Below, one piece after another: positions 42,901 through 57,049 of a stretch of 64,000 nt of DNA (its first letter is position 1; every line of letters begins with the position of its first letter). The stretch covers positions 434,001 through 498,000 of the forward strand of contig RSEE01000018.1 of the NCBI GenBank assembly GCA_003971905.1, given 5' to 3'. A model generated the notes under the pieces. It made no database searches. It was not told the DNA's origin and was given only the letters and a program-made list of their open reading frames with translations. The translations under genes were made by a program, and so were the position numbers. Source of the stretch: Moniliella sp. 'wahieum'. Taxonomy: Eukaryota.

Positions 42901-45252
42901 CGTCCCACCTCGAGGTAGTAGCACAGTACTGGCAGGGGGGCGGGAGAGCGGAAGGGGGGGGATTACTTCGGGAGAGGAGGGGGGACAGGGAGGGGGTGGA
43001 AGTGGGTGGCAGTGGCGGTGGCGGTGGTGGCGGGCGGGGGGGGGGTGGTGATGGTGGTGATGGCTGGGCTCTGTCCGCCTGACGCGTGCGTTCGAGCCCA
43101 GGCGCTGGGGCTGGGCTGCGCTAGGCTGGCCGCCTGGCAGACTCGGTCTGGGTTGGGGCAGTGTCGGGGCGCCTCTCCGCCCCTCCGCCCCTCCGCCAAT
43201 CCGCCACACTCTCCTGGCGCGAGGACGGGCCGTGGCGCTCGACACTCGCCCCGCGCTGGCGGCAGCCGCTGGAGGCTGCCCCTGTGCGCTTGGCTCGGGC
43301 CAACCCTACCGTGCGAGCCTCTTTGCTGCTCTGCACGTCGCACGGACCCAAGAATTTCATTTTTGTTGCCCAGTGCCGCCGGGGTGGGCACAGGTGTGCG
43401 AGCCAGCAGTAACTAGTAATAGCAGCCACCGCGTGGTATAAAAGGTAACCCCCATGCCCGCCCACAAGTCAGTCAGTTGCTCCACCCCCCTCCACCGCTC
43501 GCTCATCACGAGCCCTTCGACATGTCTTTGTCAGCCTCCGCGACGGGTGCGTACGAGTATCGGCATGCCTCCATCCTATACTACGGTAATATCCAAGACG
43601 ATGTCACGTCCCAGTCGTAAGAAGCTTCAAGGAACTGTCTCATCGTGTTTTTTTCGCCACCTTCATCCCGCGTCAAATAGGTCAGAGAGGCTGATTATTG
43701 GGCGTATCAAGTGTAGGATAATGGTTTACGCAAGACTCTCCGTATTTCGATCTGCGCACCTGGCCTTCCTCTTCTTGGTGACATTGACAACCATTATACA
43801 ATGCCACGAAACCCGGTTTTAGATTTTGAAGCAGTGTGTGTGATGGATTCATTTTCCGGAAGGCAAGAGGGAATATTTACACCCGTTTTGCTATACACAT
43901 GTATGCTAGAATGGGGGATCTCCTTCTCATTACCACACTCTCTTTTTGGCATCATATACTGCGTAGCAAACCATATCCCTTCATGCATCGCGTGAAGAAG
44001 AGAGGCATGGACAGGGGTGGGCCGGTATGAAGTGCGTGTCCAGCTTGCTCTCGAAAAAAAGAGAGAAGTGATGGGAGGGGGACGTGCCGGGGCGGCTCAC
44101 ACACAAAGGGGTCAAAAAAGCTAGAACAGGGTCATTACACAGCCGGTGGGTTATTTTGCGTGTGCGTGACCCGTCAAGGTACGGATGAGATCGCTGAGAG
44201 CTAGAACAGGATTGAAACAAGGGTGGGATCTACAGCATAGTAAAGGACAAAGTGCTTGGCCTCTGTTCTGTCAAGCTTCAATCCCGCTGCATAGTGATTG
44301 GCCGCAGCAGGTGAAGGGTTCTCTTAAGGCTAGGCGCAGCAGTTCCGAAGCTTCATACCGTTGCATTATGCATAGTCGCTCCTGACCCTCTGGGGGAAGT
44401 ATATCCGGGCATGTGTAAAAAGTTGCCACGCTGACTCCCCTCACTTGTCTAGCACAGGGTTGGTATGTGCTTCGATGAGATCGCCTCCGAATTGCTATTA
44501 GGCTTGGTGCCCTCTGGATAATCGGCCAACGGGAGCGCCCCAGAACTAAATTGTGTCAAGAACATCAAGCAGTGCCAAACAGAAGGGGCGCTCAAAATCC
44601 ATTATATCCCTTGTTGGTCTGCATGACGCGGAGACGCGTGAGTATATATTCCACACCATCACTAAAAACTGAACACCGGAAATGTGCCTTAATCCTACTT
44701 TGAAGAAGCCTAACGTGAAGGCGGATTTGGAGCTGATCCAATAGGATCCCTGAGTGCTCCCAAATTGCACTCTAACACAACGGCAGTGTACAATTCTACT
44801 ATGGCATGAGAGGTTCTGGCTTGGCAGGGGGGTGCACAGCCTGTAGGTTCTCAATATTCATCGCATCTCGACCGAACGATTAATGAGGACCAGTTTATGC
44901 TTTGGGTAATGCCCTTTCTCCTGTGCAGTCACCTTAATTTCCCCCCTCGCTACTACAGGTACGCCAGCCAGTTGGGCTATAGTAGGAACAGACCACGTTC
45001 CTACTTGTCTACTCTCCTTTACGCTTCAGGTCCTATGGATCCAAGCTGGATGGGAAGCATAGTCAAGAAGCTAAGCCCCGCAACATTGGGCCCGTGGGCA
45101 AGAGATTGTAAGGTTCTGCATCGCGTGCTAGAAGGGTACATTGCATATGTATAACGATCCCTCCTAGTCGGGGAACAAAAGGCAGAGGGAGGCGGAGACA
45201 AAGGGCCCAAGGGCGGCAAAAAAACGAAACGCGCACACAAACGATGAAAACG

Positions 45253-46825
45253 TCAGGGAATGATGAAAGCGGGAGGAAAGAGGCAGATATGTGATGGGAT
45301 CAGTAGGGTATGGCACGGAGGCTTCAATGTTGGGCATATCCCATGCACGAGGCGCATCGTCGTGGAGGATCGGGTACGATTTGGCAGATTCGGAAGAACG
45401 TGGCGGCAGAGGCGACGGCAGAAGACGGGAGTGGAGGTAAGTGATAAGATCGTACGGGGGGGTAAACATGTGTCTCCATCGCCACTGGACGGGTAGTAGG
45501 GGGGTGGTCCTGTGCATTGGGCGTGGGCGGTTAGAAGGAGGGAGAGATGGGAGTGTGGGGTTCTGTGTCCCCCCGGCGCACTAGGCGTAGGGGTGGATCC
45601 GCGGGGGCTGGAATAGTAGGGCGACGAGTGGGAAGCCCAACGAGAAGGTGGGGGAAGGGTAGGGTAGGGGGAAGCACGGTGAGTCGGGCGCGCATAGTAA
45701 CTGTCTTCCTCACCCAGCGATCCCAAGTGGCCAGAGCCGGACACGGTGCGCATGGGTTGGGTAGATGGGGGGAAGAGTGAAGGTGGGACGCATGCGTTGG
45801 GCCCCCACGGGTGTAGGGTGTGGGTAGGTTTCGGCCATGAGGCGAGAAGGAGGTTGGAGCCAATCCTGGGGGTGCACGGGAGGGATGGGTGGGCCAGTAG
45901 GCAACGGTGAAGCGACCATAGGAGGCTCATGGGTAGACACTGAGGGATGGCTTGAATCTTGGCGGAACTGGAGGGAGAGGAGCCAAGGGGAGAGGCAGGA
46001 ATCAGAGCCGTTCTTTGACCAGATCGTTGCCTTCCCCCGATAATGCGGGATGCCATTACTGTCGACCTCAATACGCGGGGGCACACGAAAGTGCTTTTCG
46101 TTAAGAAACATGGGTGATATACTAAGCGAGAAAAATTCGGGCATGGACGATGGTGCACGCAAACTTGCCGCTGCACACATCCTCTAACGAGTAGTAGGAA
46201 TCAAGTGGTGTGTGGTGCCATCAACCTCAAGTGATGGTCTAAAAATAGTCAGGAGGCGAAGCAGAGTGATAACCGGATACACCTTCTTGCAAAGACCCTT
46301 TTCAACAAAGGGATAGGAATGTTGAGGCTCCCAACCAAGCTGCGCTGTAGGTCCGACTTGCGCCGCTGTGTCGCATCCTTCGAGGTAGTGGCGGGCGAGC
46401 GGGCTTGCATGGCCGCAAGCCTGAATCAAGACTGGTGGAACGGTCACGGGCAGCTTGGAGCTCAAGCTCGCAGGGGTAGGAGCTAGGTCTGAATTAGCTG
46501 TACCCGGGCGTGGGGCTACGTCTTGTGGTATTGAAGCGTGGCAGCCTCGTTAGAGACGCGGCGGTTGATTTGACGGTAAACAAGGAAGTTATGGAGGATG
46601 CGGCTGGGGCTCCAGAGGAGGCCATCGGTCCAGCGCTTGATGCCACTTTGACGCTCGTCAAAAACAAAAATCTGGCCACTGCGAATAAGGCGTTTGCGCT
46701 CGTCCTGCTTGAGACGGCTATACTTTGGGGATGTGGCCCCGCTGAGCAGCCTCGAAGAGGAGGAGAGCGTCCTGGGTGGTGGCGGCATAGCCTTGCCAGC
46801 TGCTCTGGAGGACGGCTTCTGGCAT
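45253..46825 (-). CDS. pac2: Gti1/Pac2 (WOPR) family transcription factor; frameshifted
   Basis: WOPRa (DALLLFEAA...IRSGQIFVFDERQSGIKRWTDGLLWSPSRILHNFLVYRQ) and WOPRb (GLCKK|T...HHLI...PSSMPEF). Short intron 46239-46282. 3' end uncertain. Confidence 0.9.
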
Positions 46826-47019
46826 TGGCGCAGGTGGGGCTAAGGCGGAGGGGGAAGGTGAAGAAAGAGGTGGAGGAGAGATGGAGATGGAGATGGAGAT
46901 GGAAGGGGACGGGGGGAAGAACGACAGCCAGTAGTACATAAAATGTTCTCACGCACGCAGCAACCTCTCAAAAGTCGGAGGTAGATAGTGGCATGGCCTG
47001 TGAATATGTAAGTTGCATG

Positions 47020-50000
47020 TGAATTGTGACACATGAATGCGGAGGGCAGTGCGTGATGTATAACGCGTGACGGCACCAACACATCATCGATCGGTAGCCA
47101 ACTAGTCAATCAATTATAGCAATCATCAACGTGTTCACGTTCAAGCTGCTCAAAGTTCGCGCTCACCGCCATGCGCCACGCACCACGCTCGTGCAGAAGG
47201 CATCGCAGGCGGCAGCTTGCTTGCCAACAATTGTCAATTTTACTCCGACCTCTGAGATCTGACACATGTTTGCGTTCAGGACCAGAGCATGCGGCAGGCC
47301 ATCGGCGTCGGCCGCCAGACACCGTGCGTAGGCCTTTCGACAAAGGACCGGAGAGTCTGATCGATGATCGATGATCCAAGGATCCAGAACCAGTGGTGCA
47401 CCAAACGCTCAGGCGCTCAGGGCCAGCCTGGGCAGCGGGGAGCCGAGCAAGACAGGCCATCAAAGTTGGCTCACTTTGGAGTGGGGGTGTGTGTGATGGG
47501 CTCCTCACGCGTCACGCGCACGAAACACTACGTTCTAAGTTTACGCTATTTACTAAACCGGTTAAACGTTAAAACGTTAACACTAAGTACGTTAACGTTA
47601 ACCACTGCGATCGTTGGAGCTCTACGGGAACCTCCGGAGCAGACTGGTACCCGCTCAGCTGAAGCGTACGCGCGAAGCACTGGAGCAGCTGGAACACAGC
47701 CAGAGAGGGCAAGAGCATGCTGCAGGTTGCTCTAGGAACAGACTAAATGCAATAAGCGCTTCGGTGGTACGAGCTAGCGTGCGTGCGGTTCCAGTACGCG
47801 CTACGCATTATGCGCGTGCAGGGGTCCCGGGTAGAGAAATGTACGTTTTTGCGCCGCCGCTTGTTGATAGTGTTGAACTTGAACGTTGAACATACGTGCG
47901 CGTGAAGCTTCAAGTGAAGCTTGAGCTTAAAGTTTAAGCCAGCAGTGACTAGTGAAGCTTGAAGCTTGAGCTTGAAGCTTGACTTATTGCGAAGCTTGAA
48001 GTTTGAAGCTCTTGAAGCTTGAAAGCTACAGCGCTAGGCGCTAGAGGTTAATGTAATCCGTGGACCCTTGTGGACCCCGAGTCGTTTGCCGTTGGGGATT
48101 TGCTCCCACGATGCACGATCCCACGCCCCACCTGCCCCACCATATACTGTGGGCCTGCACCTGCCTGTACCGGTCACTCCTGTTATGATCATCGGCATTT
48201 CGTAACGCAGTCACCTGGAGCGCCTGAGCAGCCCCTCTCCAGCTCAGGTGTGCATGTCACGCATGCCACGCATGACCAACCAACCGCCTCATTAATTCGA
48301 CAACACTTATTGAATTCAAGCTCAAGCTTTAAGCTCAAGCACTGCTCAAGTTGAGCCTCAAGCTGCTTAGAGCTTAGGTCAAGCTCAAGCTTCAAGGTTC
48401 AACTTGAACTTCAACACGTTCTTCACGCTGCTCAAGCTCTCAAGCTTCAAATCCAGCGATGCATCATGCATCATGCGCATCGTGTGAGCAGCTGAGCAGG
48501 ACTGAGCGCACCGAGCGGCTCAGGCTGAGCTCAGCTCTGGGCTCTGGGCTCCAAATTTCCGACACCCAATCATTAACATCACTACTAGTCAGTACTCAGT
48601 TACTCAGTCCCAATTAAGGCTTGAGTCAAACCCCTGGCCTCCTTCGGCCCTGTTACTTGTTGCGCAAACCCCAAAAAATGCATGCAACAAAAGCACAATA
48701 AAGCTGTGGCAGTTCTGGCCTGCTCTGGCGCTGTTTCCGGTTGCCTGTCACATGCATGTCACATGTCGTGCATCCCGCATGTTTCATGCCAATCACTTAC
48801 ACCCCACGTCACACGTCACCGCATCCAACGTGTGATTTACTGATTATTGGGACTGGCTCCCCAACTAAGCGATATGCCTTTAATGGGCATAGGCATATGT
48901 GTAGCCCCTAGATGCAAGATACTAGATGACCATACAAGCCGGCCCCACCTGTCTTCTCGGAGCTGACGCGCTAACGTGTGTGACACAGCGTTGTCCATCT
49001 TATTTCCGTGTCCACATCCCCGCATCCCGCAATTGCATTAAACACACCATTTACTATTCATCGAATTCATCTCTCAGCCACATGAGACCACAGTGTAGAA
49101 TTCATCTGTTGTGATCTCCCCGGGCCGCAGCGCGTAACGCGTAACCCCTGTGATCTTATGCTTGACTTGAAAGCTGCTTGAGCTCGAGCTTTCTCGAGCT
49201 TTCTCCTTTTTACTGAGCTACAGTTTGAGTTTCCGTCCAGCGTTGTTGCGCTGCGTATACTGTTTCTGCCACTCTTCTCTCCCCTGGGCCCCTACGTGGA
49301 ATCGATAACAACCGTGCCTGGACAAGCTGACAACCCTGGCAGCCTTGGCAGCCTGAGATGTGATCGCATCCCATGTCAAGGTTAAGCGAAACGGCAATCA
49401 AGGACTTTGGATATCAATAGACGATAGGGATTGAATACTGTGGTGAGCGAAATAGTGCTCGTTGTGTTCTCACCCAAATCCGCTCGAGGGGGTGGGTCAA
49501 TATTTTGGGATGCAGTAGAGGGCCTTCTTTTTCAATTGGAAAGCACAGGCTATTAGATCCAAGCACGTGCAGGGAGGTCACCTCTCCCAAGGATACACCC
49601 GTACTAGTGCCTACATACGGATTCCCCAGCCCAGAGACCCCCCCCCACCCGCGCCGCGTGCTGCGCGTTCTAAGAAGTAACATGTAAGCTCTGCAAGCTC
49701 TAAGATCAACAAAAGGTGAACTGATCGATGATCGATCGACGCGGAGCAGCGAAAACGCCACAAACGGTAGGCAGCAGCCGGTAGCCGGTAGCCGGTAGCC
49801 GGTAGCCGGTAAGCGGTTAAGCTTTAAACGTTAAGCTTACGTTAAAAACACGGTTCACATGTTCATATCGGGCATCCGTGTACACCCCGACATAGTCAAC
49901 AACTGAATCTGCATGCACAGGTCGTGCGCATGAAACAAGTCATCCTCTGCATGTAGATGCATGATGCATGATGCGTACTGCACCCTTGCGCTTCGCAAGC

Positions 50001-50180
50001 GTGACATCCTGAGAGCTACGCGAGCAGCCCATTAGAACGCGCATTTGTATTTTAGCGGCACGTATAGCGCGTAGAGCCGCTTAGCCTATTGAAACACGTT
50101 TAAGCTTGGTTAAAGCGATTCTTACTGTAGTGTTTTAAGTACGTTAAACGTTAAGCGTAGCTCTTAGTACTTAGTACTCA
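47020..50180. repeat. Dense cluster of TNA-palindrome heptamer repeats upstream of the WOPR gene
   Basis: AACGTT runs 47555-47602, AAGCTT runs 47900-48030 and 48315-48450, ATGCAT 48458-48475, (GCCGGTA)x5 about 49777-49811, AGTACT 50163-50180. Confidence 0.9.
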
Positions 50181-50909
50181 TTAGGACTTCCTCTTCACAA
50201 TTTGCAGTGTAGCCCGTCGGTGATAGACGATCATTGATCTCTCTAAGTTCTATATCGGAGGGGGCACAAGAATCCGCGAAAAACCCTATTGCTCGCTGCC
50301 TGCACGTGTCAATGGGTGGGGGCTGGCTACGCCAACAATCGATCGGGCATATGACAGAGTGGCGTATAGTCGTGTCGCGTCGACGCGCCTCTCCACACTA
50401 CGTTAAAATGTCCCCCACCTGTGCTCAGTGGCGGTGCCCCCATTGCCGCACCAACACCACACTCGCGCACAGTGTCCCTCCAATCCACGCCGATAGTTGT
50501 ACCGTCATGCCCTCGCCTGGCCACAAAAAGACTGCCGACTGCCCACAATGCTTATATTTTGCAAGACGGATGACCACCCGACGCGTCTCTGCCCTGCCCC
50601 TAGTTCCGTTCGGATCCTCCAATGATCTAGCGTTTATGGATGGGTGTGTTATTTCATGCCTGCCATCCTATGGGGACTTCACTACTGGCTCGAAGGGAGC
50701 AGTGGTGCAAAGAGTACCCGTGATGGCACAACAGGCGGAGTGGTGCAGCAAGGCCGACATGTGCAGAGCAATTGGGGTCTGTGGGGCAAAAAGAGTGGGG
50801 GTGGGGGTGGAAAAGGTGATCGGTGGAACAAGGGAGGGGATGGATCAAGGATGATCGGTGGTACCGAGGATAAGGTGGGCTCAATCTATGCAACATGACT
50901 TACGACGAC

Positions 50910-51750
50910 CCTGTCACCGCGGGACCTGCCAGGGGGCTTGCCCAGGTTTGTGGGGTACAATCCCTTACGTGACGGAAGGACGACTCACGGTAGTTTCGGG
51001 CTCGGGCTACTTCGTGGATCCGGGCGGAGCTATAGGGACAAGGAGAGGCCTTTGGGCGTGAAGCCGAGGTGGCTGCAGTGTGACAAGAAGGCGGTGTATG
51101 CACCCGCTTGGGCCGTAGTAACGTGTCTGAAGCACCTGGTACTTACGACGGGTAGAGGTAGTGGAGGACAAATACTACCAGAGCTGAGGCTGGGCAGGGG
51201 CTGCTGTCGACGTGGCTGGAAAGAAACCCACGGGCGGGATGGAAAGGTAGTTGGCGAGGTTGGAAGATGAAGAAGAGGCAGCTAAGCGGAGACGGGGGGT
51301 TGTCTGTACTGAAGCAATTGGCTGGTAACAGTCAGGAGTTGGACAGGGAGGCGGGAAGGGACGAGAATGGACGGTGGGGAAAAGGATCCCCACACTGGTC
51401 GAGGATGTTGACTGTCGTTGACCCTTTAATTATTGGTAACCCCCTCCTGTCGACGCCCCATCGTACTGGCATAGATGTTGACAGAGCGAAGCAGACGACG
51501 CCGCGAAAGCTGCGAAGGTACTAAGAATATCATCCGATAGCACTTCCTCGTGCGTATATATGGGAGGGAATTAACAAATTGCAAAAGGTACCGGGTAGCC
51601 TTGAAGAGTAAACGAGAAGAATGGCGAGAGGGGAAAATGTCGGCAAGCGTAAGGAAGAGTCTTGTACACCGTATAATTGTATGGAAGGTGAGTCAGAGGA
51701 TTATTAAGGGGAGGAGAGGACGCGTCCTGATTTGGACTCTCGGGGAAGGG
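50910..51750 (-). repeat. Unidentified dispersed repeat, copy 2
   Basis: Inverted homolog of 11190-12070, e.g. GCCCAGGTTTGTGGGGTAC at 50940-50958. May extend within the heptamer-free block 50230-53350. Confidence 0.75.
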
Positions 51751-54180
51751 AGGAAGCTGGGTGGGCACAAGCCGGACAGGAATGAAAAGGGAGGAAGGCA
51801 CATCACAGAAAAGAACAACATAGGCTCCAAATCGGAGATGCTTCAACAGCAAGATCATCGGAGGGACCTTTTGAAGGTCGGACGAATTGTTCCACCCTGT
51901 TGTTGATGACGATAAGAAACGGCGATGGTTACTGGCACAAGTGGATGTTGTGTGGGTAATCCTTTCCGGGCTGGCTCCCAAAGAAACGGTGCTCCAAAAT
52001 GCTGCTGGGCCGTGATGCGCTTTCTTTTGGGGTCGAGTTCAACAATTAAGTTGATGACGGGCAAGGTCTTTAAACGAAACTAATCATACTACAACATGTA
52101 TTGTGCTTGGTCGTTGTCACTGTGCTTGAGCAAAATGGGGTGTGATGTATGGACGAGCTTTTGGTGATGCGCACGGAATGTAGCGTTTTTGGAGAAGAAG
52201 AGTGCCTCTCGCTTCTCGGGCGACCGGCGATCCAAAATACAGTCGGGCATCCCACCTAGCGCGCTCTGAAGCTCAGACAAGAGGGGAGTGTCGCTCTGGT
52301 CAAATTCCTGTGCCTCTGGGTTTGGCACCATGGGCGTACGCCTCTTGATTGGGCCAGGATACTTTCCCCTCAGGCCAAAGGGTGTATGACCCTATAGTTA
52401 ATAGTCAACTGCCTCAGAGAAGGGTGCATTGGCCCATCAGGGCCGACATTGTTCATCTTTTGACATACGTCTAGGAGGTAATACATGTGGGATTGGGACT
52501 CGGTACATGCCGTGTTTATCAGTCGTGTTGGTAATGCGATCTGTAAGTCTATATACTTTTGACATAAAAGACCATCATAAATGAATGCCCGCCTTTCTCG
52601 TCATGGAAATCATGCGAATACGACTGGCTTTTGAGAGGTGCACCATCAGCGCTAGGGTGCGACTTGGGAGCACTTGGGGATCCTATGGGAGATATCAGCT
52701 GCACAGCAGCCCTCATCAGACAAAAGTCGTGGAGGTAAAGTGGTGAAGAGCCACACTACGTCTTCTTATAGAGTTGTTAAGCCACATCCGATTGCAAAAG
52801 GAAGAGCACATCATAGATCAAGAAAGGTAATAACAGATGTGCGAGACAAAAAGGCGTTAAGCCAAAGTGAGGAGCCACAAGTCTTCAAGCAAAACATTTG
52901 AAGGGAAAGAGACATCAGGAGACAAAGAGGGAGATGGGGAGTATAACAGCCCAGAGGGGGGCTCAGCCTGGAAGCAGAACTCACCTTCCGTTCAAAAAAG
53001 CCAGCGTCACTCCGATCAAGAACTTAAGGACCGTGTAGGAGAACCCTCGCCCTACCCTCTCACATCCATTGGCGCACCCCATCATGCTGGCGATTGGAGA
53101 TGAGCTCCGGCGATGCCGAGACAAGTCGTGTTGCCTCTCAGATCTCAGAGGCGCACTGTCCGCGAACGCCTAAACCAAAAAGTGAAAGTCAGCCTCATCC
53201 TCCACGCTCTTGACATATTCCTCACGGATCGGGACATAATATTGTTGTTGGAGAGACGTCTCATGACATGTGACAACGGACCAGCAACACCAGTATATAG
53301 AGACGGGCGATGTTCACCCGAACGTTCGTTCACAGGACGTTCATTTTAGGAGGCTACATTGTGTGGGCCATAGCAGACCATACCCTTCTCTCGATTGATC
53401 GGCGCCCAGCTGAGACAGCCACACCAGGCGATGGATGATGGATGATGGTTCGTCCTGCAACACCGTGGTGCCTCTCCCGGCACAGCAGGTTCAACGTTCG
53501 CGACGTTCGCGACGTTTTGACGCGTTAACGAGTTAACCGCCTCCCAATCGAAGGTCCGACCGAGAGACGTGGGGTTTTGTAGTCAGCCGGCCAGGCCGGT
53601 CATCAGTCACGTGTCCTGTGGCTGGCCCTGGCTGCCCAGTTCCGCTACGCGTTGCACGCTGAAGGACTGCGTGGACCTGGCGCGGAAGCCATGCGGACCT
53701 GGCGGATCCGGAGCAGACGGACGAAGGCGGGCTGGGACAGCCAAGGGCGGCCATGCATCAGGCATGCTGCCGGTGAGCGGAGGGCCCGGGGGCACACTGC
53801 GCCCGAGCTGCGGTCATCGGTCCGATCGCAGAGAGCATCATGCATGGCGGCGGAGCGGAGGCATGGGGCGGGTGTGCACTACCGCCGCAAACCAAACTTT
53901 GTGGATGCGCCGTTAAGCGCTGCTCGATACGCGCCGCTGGAACGGCCCATTGGCGGGCAGGCTGGGACAGCACGGGACTGTGCCGCGTGCTGGCAGCGTC
54001 GCACCCGGTACAGCCCCTTGCCTCTGCTTGTCTGCGCCCGCCCGCCGCATTTTTTTTCGGGTCCCCTTGCTGGCGACGGCCGTAGCGGCTGCGGCGGCTG
54101 CGACCCCCACCGCCACCACCTCCTCCTCCTCCTGCCCCACCACCCTCGCCTCTCCTGCGCGCCCGGTGCGCCCCGCCCCG

Positions 54181-55952
54181 ATGCCTCCCATGCGCATCCT
54201 CGCTGCTGCGCACCCCTCACGCCCGCTGCCGTTGTGCGCCGCGTGTGTATATGCTGCTGCCCGGCCCCGGCGCTTCCCGCCCTTTCTCCTCCCGCGCCGC
54301 CGCCTTGCCACCTGCGAGCGGCCTGCCCCGCTCCAGTTCCAGCATGGCGCCTATGGCATCCCCAAGCGCGTGCCATTAAACTCGCCCCTCCCTGCCGCCG
54401 CTCGCCCCGAACGCAAGACTGGAGGTGCGCTGGGCAGTGTTCTGGGCTGGTTCCACCCCCCCTCGCCTCCTCCCGAGCGCGATCCAGACCGAGCCGATGA
54501 CTCTTCCCTAGCCCCAGCCCCCGCTTCTGGCTCCGATCCGTCTGCTCTCGCTTCTTCCGCCACATCCCTTTCATCCCACCCCTCCACCTCTGCCCTTTCG
54601 ACATCACACATGCTCCCGCCCCTGTCCCCGCCCCCAGCGGGTCCCCCTATACCCCGCGACCATGTGGCGCCATATGCGCTACCTCCCTGTCCACCTGGGC
54701 GCCCGTGCGCGATGCACAGGGACGCATCTTGCCTGATCATCTGCGCAGCGTACAGGTGGGGGAGGATGCGTTCTTTCTTCGTCCCGATGTCATGGGTGTG
54801 GCAGATGGGGTGGGCGGATGGACCTCTCGGCCGGGGGCCAATGCCGCACTTTTTTCGCGACTGTTGATGCACTTCACCTCGGTCGAGCTCTCCCGGTCCG
54901 CGGGCTCGCCGACCGTGTCTGCCTGGTCCCCCACACCTCCTTCTTCACCCGCGTCCCTAGTCACTGCACCTGCGGCGGATGCGTGGGCCCTGTGCGACCC
55001 TGTGGAGGTGCTGCGCTTGGCGTGGCGGCGCAGTGTGCGGGTGTTTATGGAAGAAGGCTTGCTTGTTTCATCAACTGCGCTGATTGCGGTTCTCAAGCAG
55101 CAGGAGATGCGAATCGCTAATATGGGTGACTGTGTTCTGCTCCTCATTCGCGATGGAGACATCCTCTTTCGCTCCACCGAACGCAGCATCGTTTAACTTT
55201 CCACTGCAGCTCGGCATGATGGGAGATACGGCGGATGCAGCGCGGACGCGGATGCGAGAGAAGGCAAGATGGCTTCCATTGCTGCGCGCTTCGACGTAAT
55301 GCCCAAACCGCCTCCGAGCAGGGAAACAGCGAGCAACACAACATGCTTTTGGCTCAGGCAGATGCCTTGGACCCTGCGCAACACGACCCTTTGGCCCATG
55401 AGGACTTGAACGCCCCCCTTCCTTTGCACAAGGATGGTATCGACCCCAGCAGGTTCGTGGAGGACGACCTACCTTCCCTGCCGGCCGATCCTGAGTGGGA
55501 CGAGCCGCGGCGGATGCCGGCCGTTGGACGATCGGCTGTGGTACCGGGGACATTGTCATTTTGGGTTCGGATGGCTTGTTAGACAACTTGTTCGACGATG
55601 ACATCCTCGAAGAGGTTCTGCGTTTCACCTCCCCACCTGGCACTGAAACAGCAGAGGCCAATTTCCCTGCAGGAGTGCCGAGCGACTTTAGTCCACAGGC
55701 TGTGGCCGAAGCGCTGTGCCGGCGGGCTAAGTTTGTTGCCGAATCGTCACGGACGATCACGTCGCCGTTTCAGGACGTGCGATGGAAGAGGGCTTGAACT
55801 ACGTTGGTGGCAAGAACGACGATATCTCTGTCCTTGTCTCGGTCATCCAAGCTGCCCCGTCTGCTTCGGCCCATACTGCGCCCGAAACAGGTTCGGCCGA
55901 CCCGAACGACGATCCCACGCGATCCTGGTCTCCTATGGCAGCTACGCCTTGA
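54181..55952 (+). CDS. PTC7: Ptc7/Azr1-type PP2C protein phosphatase; frameshifted
   Basis: GEDAFF...GVADGVGGW, SSTALIAVL, IANMGDC, FNFPLQLG, GDIVILGSDGLLDNLFDDDILE, GGKNDDISVLV. Basic N-terminus resembles a mitochondrial presequence. Confidence 0.92.
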
Positions 55953-57049
55953 CACTCGGCCCATTTCCTCCTCTCTCCCTTACTCTATGCTTCTATTGGT
56001 CTTCCCACCCAAGCCTCGCACGATTATGCTACCTATCTCCCAACGCTCTTTCCCCCTTTCACTTGTCACCCGTCACCTGGCTCCGGTCTACATGTCATCT
56101 CTGCCCGCCTACTGCCTCTTTAGGATGGGCGTGGGTGTCATTTGCATTTTCCCTTTTGTTTGTTATTCTCCAACACTTCTTTTCCTGGCAGTGTGACATG
56201 TAGTAGGCATACTGGACAGAAAGCCTGAAAAGAGCAGGATAGCTGAGGACAAGCAGAATCACTGAAAACTAGCACTGAACACACAGTAGTGTTGATAACT
56301 CGATAACGTTGATACCAGTGCATGGTAATGCAGCGGACGGGTCGACGATGAGGCTCAGCGTTTCAGCGCAGGCTGAGCGCCCCTGAGGCTCTATTTTGTC
56401 GTTGCGTTGATACGTTGATACGCGTATATTCCTGTGTGGTGTGGGAACTGGGCTTGGCAAAACGACCTGAGGGAGTCTGACTCTTGCGACGTACGGGCCC
56501 CTGCGGAAGCGTTGATATGATCTGTTAGACGACAGAGGCTGTCGTGGTGCCTTGCAGGCATAGTCGATCCTCTGGTTGCGCCGCCCTCGGGCTGAGGCCG
56601 ACTGAAGTGGTTGGGGTACAGCGTACAGCCAAAATACAGCAAAAGCCCTTCGAGATGTGCGAAGGCCAGGGAGATCAGAGATCGGACAAGATGCATGATG
56701 CCATCGTGATGCGTGATGTCACATGTTACCTCACATTCTCACATTCCATCTGCTGAGCTCAGCCTGAGCCGTGAGGCTCACGCGCTCACACGACCTCGTT
56801 CTCCGGCGCCGGAATGATGGTGGGGGGTGGCTTGAGAATCGTCTCGGTGACTGATTGTTTTGTTTTAATGACCCGGGCCGTCACGCGTCATAATGCATGA
56901 TGCATGAAGAGCCAACGCTGCCACGTGGCATATGGCTTGGGAACTTACTTGTTTCAATGCTCGCCGCGGACTTCGCGCTCTACTTCACGTCGAAGCCGGA
57001 CTGACGCGGTCCCTTCCATCACTCACTCACCACCACCTCTTTCTCCCCC

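Noticed and set aside
52693..52719. Hammerhead-ribozyme-like CTGATGA-stem-GATA on the minus strand
   Set aside because: It has GATA rather than GAAA, lacks the G-C closing pair, and I found no convincing helices I and III.
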